Below are positions 1 to 13,440 of a stretch of 64,000 bases of DNA, piece after piece. A program made the position numbers and the translations under genes. Origin of the DNA: Antechinus flavipes (Eukaryota); NCBI RefSeq assembly GCF_016432865.1, contig NC_067400.1, positions 89,962,001 through 90,026,000 on the forward strand, read 5' to 3'. The notes under the pieces were generated by a model, which saw nothing but the letters and a program-made list of their open reading frames with translations, did no database searches and was not told the origin of the DNA. Position 1 is the stretch's first letter. Every line of letters starts with the position of its first letter.

Positions 1-2013
1 TACTTGGGCAAATTGCTTAATCTACCTGGGCATCAGTTCTCTCATCTGCAAAAGGTTGGACTAGAGCCTATCTAAGATCCCTTCCACCTCCAGAACTATC
101 ACTTTTTGACTATTTAGAAGACTTTGCTGATAGTCCAGGCAAAAGAAAAATGAAGGCATGAATTAAAGTAATGGAGCACTGAAAACAGTAAGGAAAGGGA
201 AAATGTGGAGGAACAATCAGTAGGACTTATTGACTGAATATGGAAGGTGAGGGAATTATAAAATATTAGAGCTGGGTGGGACCTTAGAAATCAATAAGTA
301 TAAGATTTTCATTTTACAAAGAAGGAAAATGATGGCCAAAGAAGAAGGTGGCAAGGTAAGATAGGAAATACAAATGTCTTTGAACATTAGAGAATGAGAT
401 GTTCTATATGTGGGTAGCTGGATGGGGCTGTAATTAGGGGGCAAAATGGAAAGGTGGAAAATAATGAGGCCATTTCAGAAATAGAAAAGTCAAAATTAGG
501 GGCTGGCTCGAGTTTGGATTTTATTTTTATTTGGAAGAGAGATAAGAAGGTAGGAACAGGAAGCAGAAATTAGGATTGTTTTGCTCTTAGGTACTTTACT
601 TCGAAGTACCAAAGCCAGGCTCAATAATCTAACAGTTTTCCTTTCTTGAACTAGCTTCCTCTAAGAAGTGTGAACAAGGCAAACTTATAACCAACAACCT
701 GAGAAAAACTGACAAATCTGTAAGAATTGCCCATTTGTTTTGCCGTTGAAGTATTTGACTTCACATTTTTAGTAATAGAAAACTCCTTGCTACATTGCTT
801 TTTAGACCTTATGGTCCTTTTGCCAGCAGGTCTTTATTCTCCAAGGTGACACCTCTTCAGGATCAGGGACCAGGCAGCAACTTCAGGCAAGATTGTGCCA
901 TCTTGAGACTATTTTTAATATGCTAGGCTCACCAGAAAATGTGAGATAGATGATTGTACCAATTCCCAAAAGGGTTCTAAAATAACAAGATCTGGGTGGG
1001 GATATGTCATGGAAATGGAAAATCTCTTAGGAAAAAATCTGCTTTAACTTTAGAGAGTGGTAAAATCCAAAGAAGTTATAGCTTTTTTTTTGTTTCTTTT
1101 TTTTTTCTACATTATATAATTTTCACTTCTGAAAAACAAAGATTATTTTGTTGTCAGGAAGGCAACTGTCCAGTGTAACCTGATGTTCTACTATCTAACA
1201 AAGGCATTTATTTGAGGTTGAAAACATTTAAGGTCAGTTTCCTTACCTCTCACCTAAGTCAATCCAAAGAGCTAGGAGACTTCACATGAGTTTTAAAGAA
1301 TAAAGAAGCAATGTGATACAGGAAAAAATAAAAATAAAAAAGTCCTGTGCATCTGAGTTCAAATCCCATCTCTGCTCCTTGTTTCCCAGGATGACTGACT
1401 GGGCGCACTGAACTTGTTTTCTTCTGTAAATGGGGTATTTGGATCATCATCTAAGATCCTTAAAATATCTAAAGCTCCTTTGCACTCCAAATTTTGGGAT
1501 CTTTTGTTCTCAAAACAGTCAGGAAATACTAAAGCTTCTAGCTTGACTTACTTCAGGGCATTTCACTGTACATCATGAAAATCCTATTTAATTACTGAGC
1601 TGGTGCAATTACTGAGAACGTGGGTGAAATAATTGGTGCAATTACAAAACTCCACCTCCAACAAATGCTCACAGAGGGGTTTTGCATTCTAGAACCAACC
1701 AGTCTGGGAGGAGTCTGCTAGCCACTGTTCTTTGGCACAGATCCTGCCTATAACCAGATTACAACCTGTGCTAAGGAAGAGAACAAAAGAGCATCTGGAA
1801 TCACTTGCAGATGTGTTCTCCCCATAAAGTTCTGCAAGTGTGAGGAATCTGAAGTCTTGCCCATCAACTCTGATTCACAGAAGCCAAAAAAATACAGACC
1901 CCTCAGTGCTTGCAGAGATGGTCCCAGAGTCTGGTGGAAGTGAAAAAGGGGATGGGAAGGGGAATGAAGAATGGGAATACTGGGTCAAATTTTTTGTATA
2001 CTGTCAAATTTAC

Positions 2014-2121
2014 CTTTACGAGGAACAACTAGGGGAGAGGACAAAGATGGCGTTGAGACTGTTGGAGAATTCAACTTTTCATCACTGCAGCTGAAACTGT
2101 GCCTGTAAGGGGAATCTGCAC
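2014..2121 (-). CDS. RGCC: RGCC (regulator of cell cycle / RGC-32) coding exon 3
   Basis: 108 nt, phase 1->1, flanked by ...aaag| and |gtaaat. Translates (S)[35 protein letters not shown], matching human [36 protein letters not shown]. Confidence 0.96.
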
Positions 2122-2275
2122 CTTTAAGTAAAAAAAAAAAAAAAAGCATACAAGATAATTAGAATGAAGATATACAACTACTACAACTAATAATAATAGT
2201 CATAAGTACAGTCTCTAAAAGAAAAAAAGTCTTAAGTCTGCATGGAAAGAGATATCTGCATTTCCAAGAGTATGC

Positions 2276-2280
<5 letters not shown>

Positions 2281-2323
<43 letters not shown>

Positions 2324-2331
2324 ATATATAT
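2281..2331. repeat. Compound (TA)n(TG)n microsatellite
   Basis: Read directly from the sequence, in RGCC intron 2. Confidence 0.9.
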
Positions 2332-2527
2332 CTAATAGCTAATAATAATTCACAATGATTAATACTTTAAGTTTACAAACTATTTCATATACATATCATT
2401 AGATATTCACTAACTGTGAATTAGGTCATTCAGGTGTTGTAATTCCTATTTTACAGATGAAGATGAAGGAGAAAAAAGGCTAAATTTACTTCTCCAAGGT
2501 CATATGGCTGGCTTGATATTAAAATCC

Positions 2528-2659
2528 NNNNNNNNNNNNNNNNNNNNNNNNNNNNNNNNNNNNNNNNNNNNNNNNNNNNNNNNNNNNNNNNNNNNNNNNN
2601 NNNNNNNNNNNNNNNNNNNNNNNNNNNNNNNNNNNNNNNNNNNNNNNNNNNNNNNNNNN
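2528..2659. other. Assembly gap (N run)
   Basis: 132 Ns. Confidence 1.
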
Positions 2660-3734
2660 TATATAGACTATAAGGTCTGAAAAAAATACTGTAATGACTG
2701 ATGATTTACTGTTTACAATATTAAGTAATATAAAATAAGTAAGCAACTCTATAAAAAGTTGACAATCTTCTTAGGACCAAAGAACAACAAAAAGTAGGTA
2801 TGCATGTGTGTATAAATGAAAAATGTTCTCTTTCTAAAAATATGCATAATTTCATAAGCTTTTTATTTCATATCTATGTACATATAAACATATATCATTT
2901 CCTCATTTATTTATTGAGTACCTACTATGTGTGCTGGGCTCTGTGAATATAAATACAAAAAAGAATCCGTCTCTGAATCCAATGAGCTTCTATTACATAG
3001 TGGATGACATGTGCAACATATGTATATTAGTACATGAAATGATCATTATATTGTATATCGATTATTATGAATTGACTTATTTCTACAGCCCTCTAAAGTT
3101 TGCAAAATGCTTTCCTTCCAGCACACCTCTGAGGTAGGTGATACAAGGAAAACTCCCATATCCCCCAGTCAAGAAGGGTATGATGATATCCTAGAAGTTG
3201 CCTCTATTCCAATAAAATACAGGATTCCATCGGGAGAACAGGGATCTCTGTGTCTGTCATTCCACCGAGCCAATAATAGCTTTGGTTGTTTCAGATTAGC
3301 GGGGTTGGGTGGAGAATTTTTTTTTCACAAGTGAGGCAACATTCTCTACACAGGGATATATTTTAATGAAGAGAGACATTGTTTCTAGCCCCTCCTTTGC
3401 CAGAGGATACGAGTTCACCTAAGAACATAAGTACAAGGAAGTCTGGTCTTGTGATTGGATCCTCCCTGCTTTCTTGTGGAGTATTTCCAAAGGTCCTTCA
3501 AGGTGCCTTTATCTGGGTAACTGCACCCTCACACTACTGTTCCTCTGAGATTTATACTGTCTTGGAGTTTGGTTAACCAAGGAGGAACCCAAAAAGCCCT
3601 GAAGAAGGTTTTTGAACCCTATAAATACAGCTTTTAGGAATAGTCATTTATCCCAACCCCAACCCATTATAGGAATAAATGGAGCTTACCTTAAAATGAT
3701 AAATAATATTTAATTAAAATAATCAGTAAGCATT

Positions 3735-3862
3735 ACCTGTAATGGACATAAGCAAAAGCCTTCCCAAGTACAATCAGGGGTGAAAGCTAGGATGCCCATT
3801 ATCATCTCTATTATTCAATATTGTACAAAAAATATTAGCTGTAGCAACAAGAGAAGAAAAAG
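3735..3862 (+). mobile_element. L1 ORF2 (RT-region) fragment
   Basis: aatcaggggtgaaagctaggatgcccattatcatctctattattcaatattgta resembles the L1 RT motif SGVKQGCPLSPLLFNIV; degraded. Confidence 0.7.
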
Positions 3863-5676
3863 CTACCAGAATACTACTTTTCTCCATTTCTTCCTTTATT
3901 CTGCATTAGAATTGGAAGAAAGGTAGGAGCCATCCAGTTAACACCAGAGAAGTCAAGTCAATAAAATTAATGGAAACATTTGAAAATCAACTTGTTTGGC
4001 CTTGGAGAAGATAGGAGAAAAAGCATCTTCATCCTTTCTTTGCAGAGGTGAGAGACTTGGCTATCCCTGTCAGACTAGGCTAATAGTTTTTCTGAAAAAA
4101 TTTTCCTCCTTTGTTTTTTGATATAGTGATATCTCTCTAAGTAGGAGATAGAAGAGGGATATATTTAAAAAAAAAAAAAAAGGTGATGTAAATATAAAAA
4201 GTAATCAATTTTTAGAGGTAGAAAGGCAGGAAACTTGGATTCTAATCTCAGGCTTTGCCACCAAATAACAACATATTTGGGCTATTTCTTCATCTATGAG
4301 ATTAAGCAATTAGACAAAGCAAGTCACTTAACCTCCCAGATCAGTTTCCTCAACTGTAAAATGAGGGTATTATTATGAGGATTCAGTGAGATGACACATT
4401 TAAAGAACTTTACAAAGTTTGATACTCTATATAAATATCTCTTCCTGCTCTAATATTCTATGAGGAATCTATTATTAATTAAGGCATGTCCATCCTATGA
4501 TTAAGGAAGGGAAAAGACACCTGTCATTTCTTTATGTAAACAGAAGTCATGTTTCTAAGGATAAAAACCATAAAATTAGACCAAAAAACCTGAATCATTA
4601 ACAGCGTAATTTGGCGTAAGGGATAGATATGAACATGTTCATTTGGGGGTAAAGATAGTATCTGGAAATAATAGGAATACTTGACTAAAGTCTAGAAACC
4701 CCTTTTACTTTGCTTCTGGGAGAACTTTAATACAAACTTATGGCCCAAAGCACTTTTTTTACAATCAGGTTATACACCAGGGGACAATTGTGATGGAAAA
4801 CACAGACAAATTCAACTACGGCAATATAAAGCACAATATTAGCTCATAGTCCTTTGAATAAAAACTCATGCGGCCAAAACCCAGACACTCCAATGAACCA
4901 GCAGTCAGCAGCAACCAGACACCCCTGCTCCTACAGGCTCCACAGGAAACTGATGTTGTCCTGACCTTCCCAAGCTGGTCTTGCAAAGGAAATTCGGAAA
5001 TGGCATTTCAATCCAAGGCCCCAAGTATGTGAAATTATGCCCAGTAACACAATTTCAAAGCACCTATTTAAAGAAATGTGACCTTTCAGTGAATGCTTTA
5101 AACCAGGACTGTATATGTAATCAGACAGACCTTCATCAGTTTATATGGTTTAGACCTCTAATCCCAGGGACCCATATTTATGTCTATTTACAGTCACCAA
5201 ACTCCATAAAACATGCACCTTTATAGTTAGTAGATTAGATTAATAAAATACCAGATGGGAAGTGAATGGGTACTAGTCTTACCTTGTCCTGCATGATATT
5301 AAGCAATTCCCTTCATTTCTCTGTGCCTCAGTTTCTGCTACCTGCCTTTTCCTGTCTGTCTTTGAGTTGTTGATGTTATATGAACTCTTAGGAGGAAAGA
5401 ATCTCTTAAAGTTATGTAATGCACACATATGTATCTCACAGATATTATATAATTATTTTAATGAGGCAGACACAAGCTATTTTTAACAAGCAGTTTGAAT
5501 CAACTTTTTTGCCTCAGTCATTTTAGAAGTTACACCAGTCTAGCAGTTATAAAGTCTGTTTAGCACCTTATATTTTGATACATCAAACCAATGCATTCTT
5601 CCCTACATCCTGCTCAGCTTATATCAACATCATGAATCAGTGTCCAAGACACACACTCTAAAGTAGTGGCTATCAT

Positions 5677-5795
5677 GGGGCAGTTAGATGGCACAGTGGA
5701 TAGAGCAGTGACCTTGGAGTCAGGAGGATCTGAGTTCTAAATAATCTGACCACAGACACTTAACACACCCAAACTGTCTTGCTTTAAAAAAAATT
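5677..5795 (+). mobile_element. WSINE1-like marsupial SINE (partial)
   Basis: Head ggggcagttagatggcacagtggatagagca...ggaggatctgagttc. Boundaries approximate. Confidence 0.75.
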
Positions 5796-8055
5796 ATTGT
5801 TCATCATGATAAATATGGAAATAAGTTTAAAAGAATTGCACATTTTAAACCTATATCACATTGCTTGCTTTCTTGGGGGAAGAGGAAGAGGAAGAAAAAT
5901 TTGAAACATAAGGTTTTGCAAAGGTGAATGCTGAAAACTATCTTTGCATGTATTTGGAAAAAATAAATAATATTAATTTTTTAAAATCAAGTAAAATAGT
6001 GACCATCAGGGCAGAGTTTGCAGGTGTTATAAACCAAGTTACTTAGAAAAAATTTATATATCCCCCCACCCAATAACTCATCTAAATATTTGTTCAAATT
6101 ACCTTTAACATTCCTACATGCCCCTTATGAAACCCCCAAACAATTTATTAGCCTATTATAAATTCTGACTTTAATGTTTATTTGATTCTAACTCATTGGA
6201 GAGAGGAAATACAAAGGAACAATATCTCTTAGGGAAGAATACAGATGCTGGAAGCCTAAAAGAAGGCATGACTGAAAACTTCACTGCAGACTCCCTTCTC
6301 TTCCTCAGAAGGTCTTCTAGCCAACCTAAAAACTGATCAGAATATTTAGGCTGTCTCTATGGCAAAATGGTAAATAAGAGCAATTTCATAAGATCACAGA
6401 TTTATATCTGGGAAGAACCTTAGAGATCATCTCGTTCCACATCTCTCGTTTTACCAATGAGGAAATTGTGGCCTTAAAATTAAGTGATTCCTCTAAAGTA
6501 ACATAGGGCAAAATCAGGATGCAAACTTAAGTCCTTCAGCTCTAATACTTTCTTTCCACTGCACCATACTTAGTAAAGAGCAGAACTGATCTTTGAATCC
6601 AAGTCCTCCTACTCAAATGAGGATTCTAATTCTAATAATTCAGATCACAGGTGAGAGGAAGATTTTTAAGGCCTTAACACCAACCCAAAGTCATTTTTAG
6701 CTTTCAAAAAATCTGTTCTAATTAGATACTTTCTATAGTAAATCAACTTCACTTTTTTCTAGTTGGAAATCTCATGCTGAGTACAAATGATTTCATACTT
6801 TAAAATTCCATGAAGTAATATTAAACATCTGAACACTACTAAAATTGAGAATGCTAGTAGGGTAGAGATCAAAATAAGAGACTTGTTAAGGAGGGAGGTG
6901 TGTTGTTTTAGCTTGGGGAGGAGGGAAGGGTAATTCAGGGTTAGCACAAACATTTTCTATTTCAGAATAGAATGAAGCCACAAAACATAAAATTTGTCCA
7001 AAACTCCTACAAATATAGAACTGCCCCACAAGTTTCAGGCAAGTGAACTATAGTAATTAACTGAACTGTAAACTTTAGACCTGTTTGTCTTTTGTCATAG
7101 GGGATGGATGGAGTGGGGGAAGGAGATTCTAGTGGTCCAAATAAGTAAAACATGCCAAAGAAAAATTTGACCAACATTGCCATAAGCTACTCTTCTGAAA
7201 CAGCTCCCATCCTGCCAAGGCATCAGAGCACAACAAACCTCCCACTCAGATTGCCTAATATTATGATCTGTACATCATGGAATTGATATAAGTATCCCAA
7301 GCTACCCAGGTCATTGTTTACTTTGCCAGTGTCCAGACACAGGACTCGGCCTTCAGTCTGGCTCAAAATGCAGGTCATTGGCACTCTGTGACAATCATGG
7401 TGCTGACATCCATCATACCCAAAATAAAGGTTTCCTACCTGTAATCCACCCAGTAAGAAGCAAAAGCACATTTTTTAAAGTCTTTCAAATTCTCTTCCAA
7501 GCCCCAGGTTATGCTAGATATATCGAGTGATCCTTTGCAGCAGTTCCTCCTTCTTTAAAAGCTTCCCAAGGATCTTCCTCAAACTCTAGTAATGCTATTT
7601 TAATTTCACAGTCATTAAAAGGCCTGATATTATGTGCTCAAACTCAGGATAGCAGAAGTTTGGGGGTAAGACAAGGGTAGGGATTAATTCAATTCCAATC
7701 AATTTAATAACTTGGTGGAGAAGGAACCATAGGAAGGTTATGAATTATGAATATGAATTATTTTAGTATTCAATTCTGCTTAGGACACCACCTTAAAAGC
7801 TGGGACAGGAAAAGTATTGGCTGAATGAAATGTTTACTTCTCACCACCCCACCCCTGCGTCAAGTGTACATACTGGTCTGCAAGTGTAGCACTAAGAAGG
7901 AATGTGTGCTATGTTTATTTTCTCCTTAGGATGAAAAACACACTTGAAAGGGTTTCTTCTTTTCTGGTTGCTCAGATCATGGTACCATTTTGATCTCTCC
8001 TAGAAAGTTGGGTTGGAAGTTTGGAAGGGATGGTAACATAAAAGAAATGAGAAAA

Positions 8056-8450
8056 TGTATTCTGATGGAAGTGGATTTCTTCAACAAAGAGATCTAACTC
8101 AGTTTCAATTGATCAATGATGGAGAGAAGCAGCTATACCCAAAGGAGGAACACTGGGAAATGAATGTAAACTGTTTGCATTTTTGTTTTTCTTCAAGTTT
8201 ATTTTTACCTTCTGAATCCAATTCTCCCTGTGCAACAAGAGAACTGTTCAGTTCTGCACACATATATTGTATCTAGGATACACTATGACATATTTAACAC
8301 GTAGAGGACTGCTTGCCATCTAGGGGAGGGGTGGAGGAAGGGAGGGGAAAAGTTGGAACAGAAGTGAGTGCAAGGGATAATGTTGTAAAAAAAATTACCC
8401 TGGCATGGGCTCTGTCAATAAGAAGTTATAAAATTTTTTTAAAAAGAAGA
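8056..8450 (+). mobile_element. 5'-truncated young L1 3' end
   Basis: Marsupial L1 3'UTR ending ...ccctggcatgggctctgtcaataagaagttataaaa. 13-bp TSD agaaatgagaaaa at 8043-8055 and 8451-8463. Confidence 0.88.
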
Positions 8451-11400
8451 AGAAATGAGAAAAACCACAATAGTCTTATTGCATTTACAACTGGATGCAT
8501 GTTTTCATATGTGAGAGAGAAATTATTACAACCAACATTTTATATCATGATGAGATGTGATTTGACAGACATTCAGAACTTATTGATAAGGACTGATAGC
8601 CTTATTAGCCATGACTCTCAGATCCTTCATCTATAGAAACAGATACAATAATACCTGGAGTGCCTACCTTACAAGTTAGTTGTGAAGTTCAAATAAAGAG
8701 ATATAAATATTTTGTATAACATAAAGCACTGTCAACTATTATTATTATTAAGTAATAGAAACAAAGGTTTCAGGAAGGTGTCAAAATACTTTGAAAATAT
8801 GAATTTTTCCATCTGAATAACCATGTTTCAGTTTTACAGGTGGAGAAACAAGGCACACCAGTGCCTCAGTTATTTGCCTGAGGTCCCTAAGTTTGTCAAT
8901 AGAAACACCTAGAAGTTCTGATATGATTTTCTGACTGTAGCCATGATTGACCACCTTTTTAAAATAACCAAAAAAATTTTTAAATTAATCAAAGTTAAAA
9001 ACAATGATAATCAAAATTGTCAGTGAGGCATCTTAACTAATATCTTAAATGAAAATTCAGTTCATTTCAGGAAATCTGGGTTCTGTGCCCGGGCTTTTTT
9101 TTTTTTTTTTTTTTGGTCTTTCTTTGTATCCCTAGGACTTAGCCCCAAATCTGGCATATAGGAGGCATTTAAATGTTTTTTGACTTGAATTCATTCATGG
9201 CTAAGCAATCTCAGATCTTAAATGAGGCACTTTGAGATCTAACACCTTATTTTTTTCCCATTTGGTAAATGGATCTATGTGGCTATTAAAGTTTAAAACT
9301 TCACTAAAACTTTTTTGGACAACCTTTTATAATGGGCCTGCTGACTTCTCTCTCCCTTCCCTCAAATAGTGTAACTATTCACAATATGACTAAAGTTATT
9401 GCACTAAAAGTCAATTATTTAATATGACAAATGCTCCATGCAGATAATTTAGCTACTTAAAAAGATGATGACTTATGTGATAAGCTAAGTATTCCAGAAC
9501 TTATATTCTAACCAGTCTTGTGTAAGTAATGAGCTCAAATAGCCAGCAGAGAATTAGATAAGGGCCATTATGTATATAACTTTTGATCATTTTTTTCTGC
9601 TTTATTTTCCTAACTCCCAAACAATAGTTAGTCTCATTAACACAAAAAGCAAAAAAACAAAAAACCACATTCTGGGTAAAACACACACACACACACACAT
9701 CCACACACTGAAAATACCTCCCCCAATGCTGGTCAAGGATGTTTTCCAGCGCCTTCTTCCTGTGGCCACAAAAGAAACAAGAAAGGATTCTGGATCTGAG
9801 ATCCATCCAATAGAAGTCCTGATAGCCTATGAATGGGCAATCTTATACTCTATTCAAGAGGAGTGTGGTCGCTGCCTGAACAAGAGCTGTTTCTTTGCAA
9901 TGAAATAGCACTGGACAAACTGTCCTCATTTTCTTGCCTCAGTAGGAAAGGATGTGTATTTCACTTCTCACTTTCTATCTCCTACCAAGGCTGATGCTGA
10001 CACATTCAAGTATAGCCACAGAAATAGAGACAAGTTTCAAGAAATGTAAGATTTCCTTTTGAAATTAAATTAGAAGAAAACCAGGTTGAAGGAGGCTCTT
10101 TCATTCTATTTAGCAAGAGCTCCAGGCTATTAGCCACAGAATCATTTAAAAAAAAAAAAGAAAGAAAGAAAGTAAGAAAGTTCAGGAAAAACTATTTCAG
10201 TCCCTTGCTTTTTACAAGCTGCAATTCATTTTAAACCTCCCTGTGAAGTAAGAATTATCCTTCTTTTCCAGATGATGTGTCTGGGCTGTGGCTGTCAAAA
10301 GAGCCAAAACTCAAATCCTAGGTTAGGGCACTGAGTGTCCTTTATCTGCATGAAAAATATCTGCTTATGTCCAAATTTGACAACTGAATTTTTCCCTCCT
10401 TGGAAAGGGAGAAAATAGCTCCTGATTTTCCTAAGTACAATCATAAAGAGTTTCCTTCCAAGACAATTCTAATAGACTTTGGATAGAAAATGCCATCTGC
10501 ACCATAAAAAGTGCTATGGAGATTGAATGTAAATCAACACATGCTATGTTCACTTCTTTTTTCTGTGTCCCCCCCACCCATGGTTTTTCCTTTTTGTTCT
10601 GATTTTTCTCTCCCAATATGATTCACAAAGCAATGTGTATTAACAATAACTAAATAAATAAATATTTTTTAAAATTTCCACATCTGCAAATGAAAGGTTT
10701 GAGTTAGATGATCTCTTGAAGTCCTTTCATAAACTATCTGAAATTGTTTTTCTGTGATTATAAAGTTTCACTGAGTTTACTTCAAGAATAAAGAATAGTG
10801 AAATGGGTAGCATCAGCCAACTTATTCTTTTGAGAAAAGGTAGCAGAAGGATTAGATTTGAGCTCCCATTCTGACATTCACTAGCTGCTTCAGCTCTAAA
10901 CCACAGTTTCCTTATCTGCAAAACTAGAGTGATAGTATCTGTCCTATATGTCACAGAGCTATTTTGAAAATCAAATGAGATAAATGTATGTAAAAGTACT
11001 TTGAAACAACAAGGCATAGAAATATTATTAGAAGTACTTAAATCATATGAAGATAGTAAAAAAAAAAAACTAAGGTGATTACCATATTTTTAAAACCTAG
11101 TTACATTTATTAATTATTAAAAAAACTAATAATAATAGACTTAAAGTTCAAAATTCACAGTCTAAATGAATATCCAATTTTTATAGAAAACTGGTTTACA
11201 TGAGGCTGTCCTTACCCCTTCTTCCTCAGTTTCCTTATCTGCAAACTGGGGCTTCAAAGACCATGGATAGTCTCTGAGGTCCTTTCTAGCTATAAACCTC
11301 TGATCTATGTAGCCCAGCAGTACCAAACTGGCATATCAGCTGGTAAGTGACTAGGCAAACCCAAGCTTCTAAATTCAGCATGTTGAACTAGCAGAGGAAG

Positions 11401-12721
11401 AGAAGAAAAATATAATTCAGTGAGCCATGTGCCTGTAGAGAGTCAGTTTTCTGTCTGCTCATGCCATGACTGGCTTTCTTCCCATTTTTCACCATCCTAG
11501 TTTATGCTGAGTTAGCATAACTCAATAAACACAAGGAGAGGTAGGAACCCCTGGGGGATGGGACCATGTTTCCAAAAGATTTGAGGGGCATAAATGTCAC
11601 TTATACTTAGAAGACAAAACATACAAGGCAAGGAGAGAGGGAATAAGCACTTATGTAATACCTACTAGTACTAGTCTAAGTGCTCTCCCTCACAACAACT
11701 CTGAGCAGGAGATGCTGTTATTACCCCCATCTTAAAGTTGAAGAAACTAAAGCAGAGATTAATTGACTTGCCCAGATTCAGAGAACAGTATGTAAATGTC
11801 AAGTTTGGAGTTCTGACCCTTTAAAAAAAAAAGTACAAGAGGTTATTTTGATTATTTCCAAGATACCAATTTTAGAAATAAATTCTTAGCTTCAAAGATG
11901 GTCTAAATCTTGTCATTCCTCTCATCCCCTCATTGTTGGCCCCTGAAGTCTTTTACCATGCTCTTTTTATTCATAAAAAGTTTAGAATCTGATTTAAAAT
12001 TGCAATAAAAGTTCTCAAATATACAGGTTTACAGTGACTGGAAAAACAAAACATTGCTTAACCTTTTTGTGTCCCTAAAGATTGTAGACTTGAGTTCACA
12101 TAACTCTTTTACCCCCAAAGAACATTCACATGACTCTTTATCTCTCACAGGGTTCCTGGACAGACCAGGTATTCCTGTTCCTGCTGAAATTCAGTGGTCA
12201 GAGATCAGAGATCCTGAACTCAATTCCATCTCCCTCTGTACCAGTCAGGGACCATCCTTCCCTTTCCTCCTGCCAACTTTTATCCTTCACCCCCACCCCT
12301 CCTTGTCTGCAATTGTTATCAATGGAGAATGCCCATAAAGCTTCTCAGGTGTAAAGTTCCTGCTTTCTATCAGAAGGTGGGGCAGATAGCAAGGACTCTC
12401 CCAAACGGGAGGTGAAACATTACCACTACAAGCAGCAAAGGAAGAAGTTGTTGTCTGTCCTTCGTTCTCAAAGAGGATCCTATCAAAGAGGAGATGCCAT
12501 GACATGCAAGTGGACTGGATTTAAGGGAGAGTGGACCGTGCAAAATTCCCATTTGGGTGAGGTGAGGAAAAGGAAAAACGGAGAAAAAGAGGGGAAGAGA
12601 GACAGGGAGAGAAAGAGAAAAGGAAGAAGAAAGAGGAGTGAGGAGGGACAGGAAAGGGGAGGGGAAGAAGAGGGAAAAGGGAGGGGGAAGCAGAGAGAGG
12701 GAGCTGAAGGAACCTACTCAC

Positions 12722-12910
12722 TCTCTGAATCGCTGAAACCGCTGCTGCTGTCACTGACACTGGCGCTGCTCCTTCGCTTCATCCTTTTCAGGTGTTCCTC
12801 ATACTCAAAGTGGCGCTCGTGGAAGGGGGATGAGAAATCGGCCATGACCTCATCAAACTCACACAAGACATCAGACAGGTCGGCAGCCACCACCGAGTCC
12901 AGGGAAGGAA
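12722..12910 (-). CDS. RGCC: RGCC coding exon 2
   Basis: 189 nt, phase 1->1, acceptor tctgtag|, donor |gtgagt. Translates (V)[62 protein letters not shown], matching human [52 protein letters not shown]. Confidence 0.97.
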
Positions 12911-13203
12911 CTACAGAGGACCAAGAACCGGGCCAGAGTGTTAGCTGGGAGGGGCAGATGTAGCCAGAGCAGGGAGAGGCAAGCCCGTCCTAGCCCAAGA
13001 CCCTTTAACCAGCCCAGTTTCAGTCTCTCCGCCTGAATTCCATAGCTGCAGGACCTCAAGAGTCCCGTGCAAACCCCTGCAGCAAGACCTCATCTCAGTC
13101 TCTGCCATTTTAACAAGTAAGGATGGATGGAAGGGAAGATAGAGGTAGAAAGAAAGGAGATTCAGATCTTTTGAATAGTACTTTAAAAAAAAAAAAAAAG
13201 CCT

Positions 13204-13271
13204 AATTACCCTGGCATGGATTCTGTCAATATAAAGTAATTATTAAATAAAAATTAAAAAAAAAAAAAAAA
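13204..13271 (+). mobile_element. Ultra-truncated L1 3' tip with poly(A)
   Basis: aattaccctggcatggattctgtcaatataaag plus A tail, the same terminus as the L1s at 58.2 and 61.0 kb. Flanked on both sides by (A)n-gcct. Confidence 0.85.
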
Positions 13272-13391
13272 GCCTTCCTCCAACCCAAGCTAACAAACTT
13301 CGGGGTCAGACTCACAAAAGAGACGTCGGATGATTATAACAGCTGGGAGAGGAAAGGAGGCAGAAACAATCAGAAGGAAGAAAGAGAAACC

Positions 13392-13392
<1 letters not shown>

Positions 13393-13439
<47 letters not shown>
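13393..13439. repeat. (ATT)n microsatellite in RGCC intron 1
   Basis: About 15 uninterrupted ATT units. Confidence 0.95.

Positions 13440-13440
<1 letters not shown>

Noticed and set aside
1-2013. Search for RGCC exons 4-5 (AKLGDTKELE...)
   Set aside because: Not found on the minus strand. They most likely lie just beyond the left edge, so this is not evidence of gene truncation.
7223-7471. 82-aa minus-strand ORF in RGCC intron 2
   Set aside because: No recognisable homology in the frames I translated and no convincing exon structure; possibly non-coding unique DNA.
12412-12963. 183-aa plus-strand ORF, the longest ungapped ORF in the track
   Set aside because: It is the antisense of RGCC exon 2 plus a purine tract that gives low-complexity R/K/E/G sequence; no independent coding evidence.
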